From: Flavobacteriales bacterium
Lineage (GTDB): Bacteria; Bacteroidota; Bacteroidia; Flavobacteriales_F; PHOS-HE28
NCBI GenBank assembly: GCA_016705955.1
Contig: JADJKO010000007.1
Location: 128,944-192,943 of the forward strand
Length of the DNA stretch: 64,000 nucleotides
Direction: 5' to 3'
The notes beneath the pieces were generated by a model, which ran no database searches, was not told where the DNA came from, and worked only from the letters and a program-made list of their open reading frames with translations. Position 1 is the first letter of the stretch, and every line of letters begins with the position of its first letter. This document shows, one piece after another, positions 49,655 to 58,109 of the stretch. Both the position numbers and the translations under genes were made by a program.

Positions 49655-51142
49655 CTAACGCTGCGCCTTGCGCTGCACCGTCTTCAGGAAGTCCAGCAGA
49701 TCGGGCATCAGCTTCAGCACATAGGCTGCCGGCCAGAAGATCACCGTGGCGATGAGCGCTCGCAGCGGCAGATCCACCCAGGGGTTGCCGGTAAGTGGCA
49801 GCCAAGGCAGAACAAGTGCGGGTACGATGATGAGTGCCGCGACGAGCACCGTGCGCCGATCGAAGGGCCACAATTTGTAGCGGTACCAGAGGAACCAGGT
49901 CCGATAGGCATTCACCACCACCAATGAGATCAGTGTGGCATACGCCGCTCCGATGATCCCCATGCTCCGGATGAGGAAGAAGTTCGCGATCAGATTGATC
50001 ACCAGCATGCTGATGCTGCTCCACGCATCCAACCTGTAACTACGCGACATGCTGATGATACCCACGCTAAGTCCGATCGCGCTGGTGAGCAAGTACGCCA
50101 GTCCGATGACCAGCGCGACCTGCGAAGCACCCGCATACTCCGCTGGAAGCAGTTCAAAGAGATCATCGATGCTCGTCCACATCACGAGGAAGAGGAAGCC
50201 GCTCACGAGCACTTGCACCACGGCGGACTTCCGGTAGAGCACATCGATCATCGTGCGGTCGTTGCGCTTCCAAGCATCGGCGAGCAGCGGAGTGGCCGCT
50301 TGTAGCAACGCACGACCCGGCGCCGCGATCACCGATCCGAAGTAGAACGCAACAGCATAGTGCGCGACATAGGTGAGCGCATGTTGGCCGAGGAGCGCAC
50401 CGATCATGAGTTGATCCATGTTCCCGAGAATGATCCCGGCCAGTCCAGCGGAAAGCGTGAAGCCACTGTACGTGAGCATGCTCTTTCGCAAGCGGTTCGG
50501 CAACCAGCGCTCCTGCCAACCGATATCGAAGTGCCCGGCGCGCCATAGATCGAACACCAATGACAGTGTACAGACGAGAAAGATCCCCGTGTACAACGTC
50601 ATGAACTGCGAGAAGGGCATCGGGTGCCACGCCTGCAAGGCGATCAGCGCCGTTTGTAGGATGCGCAGGACGAACTCACGGATGAACGTGGGCTGCACCG
50701 TGCGCCGCAGTGAGCGGCTGTAGGAGCGCAACAGGATGAAGTAGATCTCCGCGAAGACCAACGGCAGAAGAAGCAATCCATGTGTACCATACAGTGCGTT
50801 GCGATCCGCGAAGATCCGCGTGAACGTGCCGTGCAACAGACCCAACACCAGCATGGATGCCAGCCCGACCACCAGACCGAAGAGCAGCAGCATCCCGAGC
50901 AGGCCACGATGCTTCCGTTCCGGATCGCGGAAGTAGGGGAAGTAACGGATCACGGTGTTCTCCGCGCCGAGTTGCGCCACCTGTGCAGCGATGGTGGCGA
51001 TGGAAACAAGCAGGCGCGTGAGTCCGAACTCATCCGCAGCCAACACGCGTGGATAGAGCAACACCACATTCACGAAACCCAGGCCGATCCCGAGGTAGGC
51101 GAGCAAGGTGTTGAGGGTGGCCTGCCTGGCGATGATGCCCAT
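49655..51142 (-). CDS. oligosaccharide flippase (Wzx/MOP superfamily)
   Basis: 495 aa, ~14 TM helices, polysaccharide-biosynthesis-protein topology, next to a GT4 gene and YfhO. Confidence 0.7.
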   Translation of the reverse strand: MGIIARQATLNTLLAYLGIGLGFVNVVLLYPRVLAADEFGLTRLLVSIATIAAQVAQLGAENTVIRYFPYFRDPERKHRGLLGMLLLFGLVVGLASMLVLGLLHGTFTRIFADRNALYGTHGLLLLPLVFAEIYFILLRSYSRSLRRTVQPTFIREFVLRILQTALIALQAWHPMPFSQFMTLYTGIFLVCTLSLVFDLWRAGHFDIGWQERWLPNRLRKSMLTYSGFTLSAGLAGIILGNMDQLMIGALLGQHALTYVAHYAVAFYFGSVIAAPGRALLQAATPLLADAWKRNDRTMIDVLYRKSAVVQVLVSGFLFLVMWTSIDDLFELLPAEYAGASQVALVIGLAYLLTSAIGLSVGIISMSRSYRLDAWSSISMLVINLIANFFLIRSMGIIGAAYATLISLVVVNAYRTWFLWYRYKLWPFDRRTVLVAALIIVPALVLPWLPLTGNPWVDLPLRALIATVIFWPAAYVLKLMPDLLDFLKTVQRKAQR

Positions 51143-51163
51143 GATGTCGGCGAAAGTAGGCGG

Positions 51164-52453
51164 CTAGGTTGCGGGATCGCCGATGATCGTATCCAGCAAG
51201 GTGGCCATGCTTCCTGCAAGTCGCTGACGATCGTAAGTGTCGATCCCCGCAACATCGACGGGACCGTTGCGCGTGAAGAGCTCGCGCACGCGATCACGAT
51301 CCTCCCGAGTTGGGATACCGGAGATCAACAGGTGGTGGGCACCAAGGACACGAGCGACGTCACCCGAAGGACCCGCAGCCAGGATGGGACGACCGACGGA
51401 CAGGTACTCGTACAATTTGCCGGGTAGAATACCCGCCGCATTCGGTGTGTTGTTGATCGGCAGCAACAACACGCGCGCACGTTGCATGTGTTGCATCGCC
51501 TCGGCGTGGCTCACGCGTCCGATGCGTTCCACGCGATCACCGAGACCAGCCTTGGTGATGCTTTCCATCACGCTATGATCAACAGGACCAACGAACCGCA
51601 ACACGAAGCGCGCCGCGAATTCAGGATCGGTGCGGCATAACTCGGCGAGGATGTTCCAGAGCTCCGGCAGATCACGTGTCGCACTCATCGATCCGACCTG
51701 CACCAAGCTCCATGCTTCATCCTTCGGAATTGCTGGATCCGGAACATCCGTACGATCGAACCCGTTGGTGATCACCTCCACATCCTTCGCGCCCAGCGCT
51801 TCAAGGTCCTTCGCCCAGGTCCAGCTCACGGTCACCACGCGGTCGGCTTCGGTGAGCACCGTGCGTTCCTGCTTTCGATGTCGGCGATCGGCACGCGCCG
51901 AGAGCTTCAACTGCTGGTAGAAATCAATGTCGGTCCATGGGTCCCGGAAGTCGGCGATCCACTTCACACCAAGTGTGCGCTTCAACCCCAGCCCGATCAT
52001 GTGCATGCTGTGCGGTGGTCCGGTGGTCACCACTACATCAACGGGATGTTTGCCCAAGTGATCCGTAAGGAATCGGACGGATGGCCGCACCCACCACACG
52101 CGCGCATCGGGGATGAAGAAGTTGCTGCGCACCCACAGGGCCAGATCCTCTTTCCAACCGCCGCTCCGCTTCTCGCTGAGGAATGCCGTCTGCACGCGTT
52201 CGTCTTTTCGGCGTCCAGTGAAGCGCTTGTATAAGGTGAAGGGCTCCGTGATCGGTCGCTTCAACACTTCAACCTGTGGCGACACCTCATTGAGTAACGC
52301 AGGATCATCGGCGACCATCTCCGGGTTCTCCGGCGTGTAGATCACCGGCTGCCAACCATACTCGGGCAGGTACTTGCTCATCTTCAACCAGCGGTACACC
52401 CCTGCCCCACCGTTCGGCGGCCAGTAGTAGCTGATGATGAGCACTCGCTTCAT
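51164..52453 (-). CDS. glycosyltransferase family 4
   Basis: N-terminus MKRVLIISYYWPPNGGAGVYR and a C-terminal GT-B domain. The start abuts the YfhO stop. The longer ORF to 52687 lacks homology. Confidence 0.75.
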   Translation of the reverse strand: MKRVLIISYYWPPNGGAGVYRWLKMSKYLPEYGWQPVIYTPENPEMVADDPALLNEVSPQVEVLKRPITEPFTLYKRFTGRRKDERVQTAFLSEKRSGGWKEDLALWVRSNFFIPDARVWWVRPSVRFLTDHLGKHPVDVVVTTGPPHSMHMIGLGLKRTLGVKWIADFRDPWTDIDFYQQLKLSARADRRHRKQERTVLTEADRVVTVSWTWAKDLEALGAKDVEVITNGFDRTDVPDPAIPKDEAWSLVQVGSMSATRDLPELWNILAELCRTDPEFAARFVLRFVGPVDHSVMESITKAGLGDRVERIGRVSHAEAMQHMQRARVLLLPINNTPNAAGILPGKLYEYLSVGRPILAAGPSGDVARVLGAHHLLISGIPTREDRDRVRELFTRNGPVDVAGIDTYDRQRLAGSMATLLDTIIGDPAT

Positions 52454-55332
52454 ACCCCGACCTCCGCAGACCCACCGAGCTTCCGGCGCACCTCCATCCC
52501 GATCGCACCAAGCGCGATCAACAGGACCAGGATCGATCCCGCCAACATGATCGGCTGCGACTTGCTGTACGCTCCGCCTTCCACTTTGAAAACCACAGTG
52601 TGCTCTCCGGCCGGCACGCGCAGTGCACGAAGCACATAGTCGGCGCGCACATGTTCCACGGGTGTTCCATCGATGCTCGCCTTCCAATCCGGTCCGTACC
52701 AGATCTCGCTGAAGACCACGAGACCGCCCCCGTTGGAACGGACGGCGTATTTCAGCTCGTTCGTGTTGTAGCTGTCCAGTGTCACACTGGCCGTGGGATC
52801 GGGTGCGATCGCCCCATCACCGAGCGCAGCGTGATACCGTTCATCCACAAGCGCGGTACGCGCGGGATCGATGGTGCCGAGCGCGGTGATCTCCTCATTG
52901 GCATCCTTCACATAGTGCAGTTCATCCACGAACCACGCGCTGCCATATGTGTTCGTGTTCATGATCGGTGGGCGCTCCGGATCGTAGACGAGGTAGCGCG
53001 TGTTGAGCATGTTCAACACACCTTCACTCGCCAGCAAACTGTCCATCGCAGGAAGTGATGTCCCGCTGCGCAGCAGACCACCGATGCGCATGATCGCCGG
53101 GCCGAGGTGGAATTCGATCAACTCCTGGTAGCGCTCCAGCTTCGCGCCGTGGTACCCGCCAATGCTCTTGTGGAAGTAGCTCACGCGTGAATCGTTGAAC
53201 GGGTTACCCAGGTTGAGCACGCGGTAATCGGTCGTTCGACGCAAACTGCCAAAGCGCGCGATCATCTCCTCGTCCTTCGCCACCAAACGATCCGCACCGC
53301 GCAGGTTGGAGCGTTGCTCCTTCATCTTCTCGATCACACCTTTCTGGTACGCTTCCGCCTGCGGTGTCCATTCGTTCTGCAGGATCGCCATGTCCGATCC
53401 ATTCGGCTTGAATGGTAGCAGCGATGCCTTCTCATCCTCCCATGAGCGATAGCGGCCCTTGTCCTTTTCGTTGTTCACATAGCGCTTATCAATGGACCAT
53501 TGATCCGCTAGCACAAGGATCGAAAGTCCAGCGACCAGCACGCCACGACCGACCGTGCGGCGACCGAACAGATACACCAACGCAGCGCCCAAGGCCACGA
53601 ACAGGAAACTGCGCCACACGTCACCGGTGAACACACCGATGCGGTATTCCTTCAGGTTCGAAACGAAATCGACCACGGCCGCTTCCGGCGCACCACCCTC
53701 TATCTGCGCGTTGTACTTGGCGCGTTCCGCATCGCTGATGAACTCCATCAGGTTGCTCGGGATCAATGCAAAGAGCAACAACACCACGAGCAACGATCCG
53801 GACAGGATGAGGAAGCGCATCCGCTTCGCCTTATCCCACACCCCTTCGCGGCTCAAGCGATCGAGATAGAGTACAGCCAACACGGGCGCGGCCAATTCCA
53901 CGATGACCAGGATGATGGTGACCGCGCGGAACTTGCTGTATCCGGGAACGTGATCAAGGAAAAGGTCGGTGAAGGGCATGAAGTGGTGCCCCCAACTGAG
54001 CATCAACGTGATCAGCAAACTGCTGAAGAGCGCGAAGACCAATGCGTCACGAACGAACCACAGGCCTGCTGCCAGATACGCGAGGAGGAGCATGCCCATG
54101 AGCGTGGCGCTTCGCATGCCGACTACGTATGCCACGCCGTCCACATTCTCCACGGACGCGTTGTTGATCGCCAACATGATCAGCAGGAAGGGGATGGATC
54201 CGAGGATCCACCATCGCCCCGCACCTTCCACGCTGCCAAGCATCAGCAGCAGGAGCAGCACCACCACTGCACCGATGTACACCGGACCCGAGGTGAAGCT
54301 TTGATCACCCCAATAGGAATTCACGTAGCCCCCGCTCTGGTACTCATCAATGATCGCCTTGCGGAACGTGGGATCACTGAACTGGTTGAAGTCCTCCTGT
54401 TTCTGGATGATGGATGCGGAGGCGCCCCCCTTCGCGTTCGGGATCAGTAGCGAGAAACTCTCCTGCTTGCCATAGCTCCATTGCGTCACGTAATCCCGAT
54501 CCAATCCACTGGTCTGCACATCACCGGCGGAAGAACCATCGGACTTGATCGTCAATTCGCTCTTGCCGCGCGTGGTGTAGCTGCCATATTCCGCAGTGGT
54601 CCACAGCATGCCTGCGTTGCACGCAACAGCTAGGATCACGGCCACCGCACCGATGCCTGATCGTTTAGCGAAGTCCACGGCCTGTTTTTCGCGCACCACG
54701 CGCACGGCTTCGGCGAGCAGGAAAAGCACGAGGACGAAACCGAGGTAATAGGTGATCTGCACGTGGTTCATGGCGATCTCCAAGCCCATGAACAGGGCCA
54801 GCATCGCACCGCCGAAGAGCACGCGTCCGCGATAGAGCATGTACACGGCGCCCAGCACCATAGGCATATAGCCGATGGCGTTGGCCTTGCTGTTGTGCCC
54901 GGCTTCCAGGATCGCGAAGAAGTACGACGAGAACCCGAAGGCCAACGCGCCGACGAGGCTCAGCCACGGATCCACCCGCAAGCACAGGAACAGGATGTAC
55001 ATCCCCAAGAGATAGAGGAACAGGAAGCTGGCCGGTCGAGGCAGGAAACCATGAAATACATCATCCGCGAAACGCAACAGGTTCTTCGGCCACAGCACCA
55101 TGATCTGATATGCGGGCATCCCACTGAACATGCTACCCGTCCAGAGCGGCTCCTCATCGAAGGCGGTGCGATGCTCCAGGATCTCCTGGGCCATGCCTTG
55201 CCAGTTCTTCAGGTCACCCTGCACCAGTTTCTTGCCTTCCAGCACCGGGCTGAAGTAGGCCAAACTGAGCGCGTAGAATGCCGCGATGGCCACTACCACC
55301 GGCAGCAGCTTCTTCCATGGGATCGTCTTCAT
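52450..55332 (-). CDS. YfhO-family membrane protein (putative glycosyl/lipid transferase)
   Basis: N-terminus MKTIPWKKLLPVVVAIAAFYALSLAYFSPVLEGKKLVQGD is typical of Bacteroidota YfhO. Multiple TM segments and a large C-terminal extracytoplasmic domain; 960 aa. Confidence 0.8.
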   Translation of the reverse strand: MKTIPWKKLLPVVVAIAAFYALSLAYFSPVLEGKKLVQGDLKNWQGMAQEILEHRTAFDEEPLWTGSMFSGMPAYQIMVLWPKNLLRFADDVFHGFLPRPASFLFLYLLGMYILFLCLRVDPWLSLVGALAFGFSSYFFAILEAGHNSKANAIGYMPMVLGAVYMLYRGRVLFGGAMLALFMGLEIAMNHVQITYYLGFVLVLFLLAEAVRVVREKQAVDFAKRSGIGAVAVILAVACNAGMLWTTAEYGSYTTRGKSELTIKSDGSSAGDVQTSGLDRDYVTQWSYGKQESFSLLIPNAKGGASASIIQKQEDFNQFSDPTFRKAIIDEYQSGGYVNSYWGDQSFTSGPVYIGAVVVLLLLLMLGSVEGAGRWWILGSIPFLLIMLAINNASVENVDGVAYVVGMRSATLMGMLLLAYLAAGLWFVRDALVFALFSSLLITLMLSWGHHFMPFTDLFLDHVPGYSKFRAVTIILVIVELAAPVLAVLYLDRLSREGVWDKAKRMRFLILSGSLLVVLLLFALIPSNLMEFISDAERAKYNAQIEGGAPEAAVVDFVSNLKEYRIGVFTGDVWRSFLFVALGAALVYLFGRRTVGRGVLVAGLSILVLADQWSIDKRYVNNEKDKGRYRSWEDEKASLLPFKPNGSDMAILQNEWTPQAEAYQKGVIEKMKEQRSNLRGADRLVAKDEEMIARFGSLRRTTDYRVLNLGNPFNDSRVSYFHKSIGGYHGAKLERYQELIEFHLGPAIMRIGGLLRSGTSLPAMDSLLASEGVLNMLNTRYLVYDPERPPIMNTNTYGSAWFVDELHYVKDANEEITALGTIDPARTALVDERYHAALGDGAIAPDPTASVTLDSYNTNELKYAVRSNGGGLVVFSEIWYGPDWKASIDGTPVEHVRADYVLRALRVPAGEHTVVFKVEGGAYSKSQPIMLAGSILVLLIALGAIGMEVRRKLGGSAEVGV

Positions 55333-55358
55333 GTGGGTGTCCTGGTGTACTCGGGCTG

Positions 55359-55589
55359 TTACTTGATCTCCTCGAAGTCCGCATCGATGATGTCCGGATC
55401 ATTTGCGCCGCCGCGAGCATTCCCCTGAGCGGGTTCGATCCGCACATCACCTTTGGGTCGCTGTGGCGGTTGGGGTCCAACAGGACCTTTGGCATTCGAC
55501 CGAAGGATCAGGCGGAGCACCCACCACAGGATCACGAGGACCGCGATGGTGCGCAATGTGCCGGTGAAGCTGGCTTCCGAAAAGGACAT
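55359..55589 (-). CDS. DUF4834-family small membrane protein
   Basis: 76 aa. N-terminal TM helix, Gly/Pro-rich linker, and the acidic C-terminus DPDIIDADFEEIK characteristic of DUF4834. Confidence 0.6.
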   Translation of the reverse strand: MSFSEASFTGTLRTIAVLVILWWVLRLILRSNAKGPVGPQPPQRPKGDVRIEPAQGNARGGANDPDIIDADFEEIK

Positions 55590-55705
55590 CGGCGGCGAAG
55601 ATAGCCGGGGCCAGCGGGGCCGCTACCCCGTTCGCGCGCAACGCCGTACCTTGCCGGCCGTTCCGCGCGACGCCAGCGCATTCCACTCCCCTTTTCCCTA
55701 CTGAG

Positions 55706-57646
55706 ATGTCCTCCTTCGACGCGCTCGGTCTCCGCGCGGAGATCCTCCTTTCACTCAACGAATTGGGCTGGAAGGAACCCACCCCGGTCCAAGAACGGGC
55801 GATCCCCTTGCTGATGCAGTCCGAAAAGGACGTGGTTGTGCTGGCCCAGACCGGTACCGGCAAGACCGGTGCGTTCGGCCTTCCCTTGTTGGAGGACATC
55901 GATCCTTCGGTCCGCAATGTCCAGGCGTTGGTCCTCGCTCCTACCCGCGAACTGTGCGTGCAGATCACCAACGATCTAACGAAATTCGCCCAACACCTGA
56001 AGGGTGTGAAGCCCGTCGCGGTCTATGGCGGTGCCAGCATCCGCGACCAGATCCGTGATATCCAGCGCGGTGCGAACATCGTGGTGGCCACACCCGGCCG
56101 CTTGCTGGATCTGCTCGGACGTGACAGTATCAACCTGAGTGCAGTGCAGGTCGTAGTCCTCGATGAGGCTGACGAGATGCTGAACATGGGGTTCCAAGAG
56201 GACCTCACCGACATCCTTCAGAACACACCCGAGGACAAGCGCACGTGGCTTTTCAGCGCCACCATGGGCAGCGAGGTGCGGCATATCGCCAAGCGCTACA
56301 TGCGCGAAGCGGAGGAACTGCAAGTGGGCGAGCGCAATGCGGCGGCTTCCACCATCCAACACCAATATTGCGTGGTGCATGCGCGTGATCGGTACGCTGC
56401 GCTTCGCCGCATCATCGATTCCGACCCGGACCTTTTCGCCATCGTCTTCTGCCGGACCAAGCACGAAACGCAGGAACTCGCCAGCGCGTTGATGAAGGAC
56501 GGCCACTCGGCCGATGCCATCCACGGCGACCTGAGCCAAGCCCAGCGGGACCATGTGATGGGTCGTTACCGTGCGCGAAGTTTGCAATTGCTCATCGCAA
56601 CCGATGTCGCAGCGCGTGGCATCGATGTCAGTGACATCACACACGTGATCCACTTCGACCTGCCGGGCGAGGCGGAGAACTACACGCACCGCAGCGGCCG
56701 CACGGCACGCGCAGGACGTACCGGGATCTCCATCAGCATCATCGGTGTGCGCGATGTAGGCAAGATCCGCCAGTTGGAGCGCGCCTTGAAAACGCACTTC
56801 ACCTATGTCCGTGTGCCGGGTGCCGGTGATATCGGCAAGGCACAGGTGCTGGCCTACCTCACGAAACTGAAAGCCGTGGAGGTTGATCACGACGCCCTCG
56901 CTGCGATCCTGCCGACCGCGCAAGAGGAACTTGCGATCTTCAGCAAAGAGGAGTTGATCGAACGCTTCATGAGCGTCGCCTTCAATCGCTTGATCACACA
57001 GTTCCGCGAATTGCCGGACCTGAACGTGGACATGAGCCGGAAGGATCATACCGCCCGGGCGGAACGTCCATCCTCACGCGAACGCTTCAGTACCGGACGC
57101 CAGATGTTCATCAACCTCGGCAGTGCCGATGGCTTCGATAAGGGCAAGATGCTCGGCTATGTGTGTGGCATCAGCGGCGTGGAGGGCGATGTGATCGGCC
57201 GCATGATGATCAAGGATGTGTATTCGTTCGTGGACATCGAACCCGCCCACTTCGAGCAGGTCTTCAACGCATTCAAGAGCGCCAATTACAAAGGCCGCAA
57301 GATCCGTGTGGATGAGGCCCAGCAAGGTCAAGGACAAGGCGGTTCCGGTAGTGATGCACCCCGCGCACCACGAGACGGGGGTGGATATAAAGGTGGTGGT
57401 GGTGGATACAAGGGCGGCGGCGGCGGATACAAGGGTGGCGGTGGTGGATACAAGGGCGGTGGTGGTGGATACAAAGGTGGTGGTGGTTACAAGGGCGGAA
57501 GCGTTGGCCAGAAAAGTGATCGCCCGCACCAGACCAGCTATCGCGGCAAGGATGAGCGCGGATCAGTACCGCCTGAGAAAGGAGGGTACCAGAAAAAGGA
57601 AGGGTTCTACACCCCCAAGCCATTCCCGAAAAAGGAACGTGGCTGA
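55706..57646 (+). CDS. DEAD-box ATP-dependent RNA helicase (DeaD/CsdA-like) with a C-terminal DbpA-type RNA-binding domain and a Gly/Tyr/Lys-rich repeat tail
   Basis: Q motif, Walker A AQTGTGKT, DEAD (VLDEADEM), SAT, HRSGRTARAG. The C-terminus carries (GGGGGYK)x6. Confidence 0.9.
   Translation: MSSFDALGLRAEILLSLNELGWKEPTPVQERAIPLLMQSEKDVVVLAQTGTGKTGAFGLPLLEDIDPSVRNVQALVLAPTRELCVQITNDLTKFAQHLKGVKPVAVYGGASIRDQIRDIQRGANIVVATPGRLLDLLGRDSINLSAVQVVVLDEADEMLNMGFQEDLTDILQNTPEDKRTWLFSATMGSEVRHIAKRYMREAEELQVGERNAAASTIQHQYCVVHARDRYAALRRIIDSDPDLFAIVFCRTKHETQELASALMKDGHSADAIHGDLSQAQRDHVMGRYRARSLQLLIATDVAARGIDVSDITHVIHFDLPGEAENYTHRSGRTARAGRTGISISIIGVRDVGKIRQLERALKTHFTYVRVPGAGDIGKAQVLAYLTKLKAVEVDHDALAAILPTAQEELAIFSKEELIERFMSVAFNRLITQFRELPDLNVDMSRKDHTARAERPSSRERFSTGRQMFINLGSADGFDKGKMLGYVCGISGVEGDVIGRMMIKDVYSFVDIEPAHFEQVFNAFKSANYKGRKIRVDEAQQGQGQGGSGSDAPRAPRDGGGYKGGGGGYKGGGGGYKGGGGGYKGGGGGYKGGGGYKGGSVGQKSDRPHQTSYRGKDERGSVPPEKGGYQKKEGFYTPKPFPKKERG
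57376..57498 (+). repeat. tandem 21-nt coding repeat encoding (GGGGGYK)n
   Basis: Visible as repeated ggtggtggtggatacaag units in the DNA, inside the DEAD-box helicase CDS. Confidence 0.8.
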
Positions 57647-57677
57647 GCGATCGCGGTTCACACCCCCTATTGAAATG

Positions 57678-57720
57678 AAAGAGCGCGGCCCGCACAAAGG
57701 GCCGCGCTCTTTTCCTGCTT
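57678..57720 (+). terminator. rho-independent terminator of the DEAD-box helicase gene
   Basis: AAAGAGCGCGGCCC-gcacaa-GGGCCGCGCTCTTT, a 14-bp perfect stem, followed by TTTCCTGCTT. Confidence 0.7.
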
Positions 57721-57748
57721 GATCATCTCAAGTAGGGAACGATCCGGA

Positions 57749-58003
57749 TCACACGTGGGCGATCCGCTCGTTGAGGATCTCCTGAGCGATGTCGAGGATG
57801 CGCGTATCGTCCAATGCGACGACTCCGCCATCGGGACCTGGCTCCAAGTGTACGCCCATGGTCCGGCCGTTCGGATGGGTGTATCCCCCGAAGTAATTCC
57901 ACACGGTCTCCACGTTCAGGTCCAGTTGCCGTGCTATGCGGTGGATACTCCCATCGGGCAGATTGTCCTTGATCCGCCGCAACTCATTGAAGGTGATGTT
58001 CAT
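57749..58003 (-). CDS. small putative DNA-binding (HTH) protein
   Basis: The 84-aa segment MNITFNELRRIKDNLPDGSIHRIARQLDLNVETVWNYFGG... has a helix-turn-helix-like core (IHRIARQLDLNVETVWNY). The longer 138-aa ORF begins with an alternative-codon start in low-complexity sequence. Confidence 0.45.
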   Translation of the reverse strand: MNITFNELRRIKDNLPDGSIHRIARQLDLNVETVWNYFGGYTHPNGRTMGVHLEPGPDGGVVALDDTRILDIAQEILNERIAHV

Positions 58004-58109
58004 GATGGGAAAGGTTTGGTTTGGATGCGACTGAAAGGTAAGATCACGACCGGGCGTTTTCCAAGTGCTTTCGGCATGCTCATTGGCGGGCGGCGCTATC
58101 TTTCCAACC

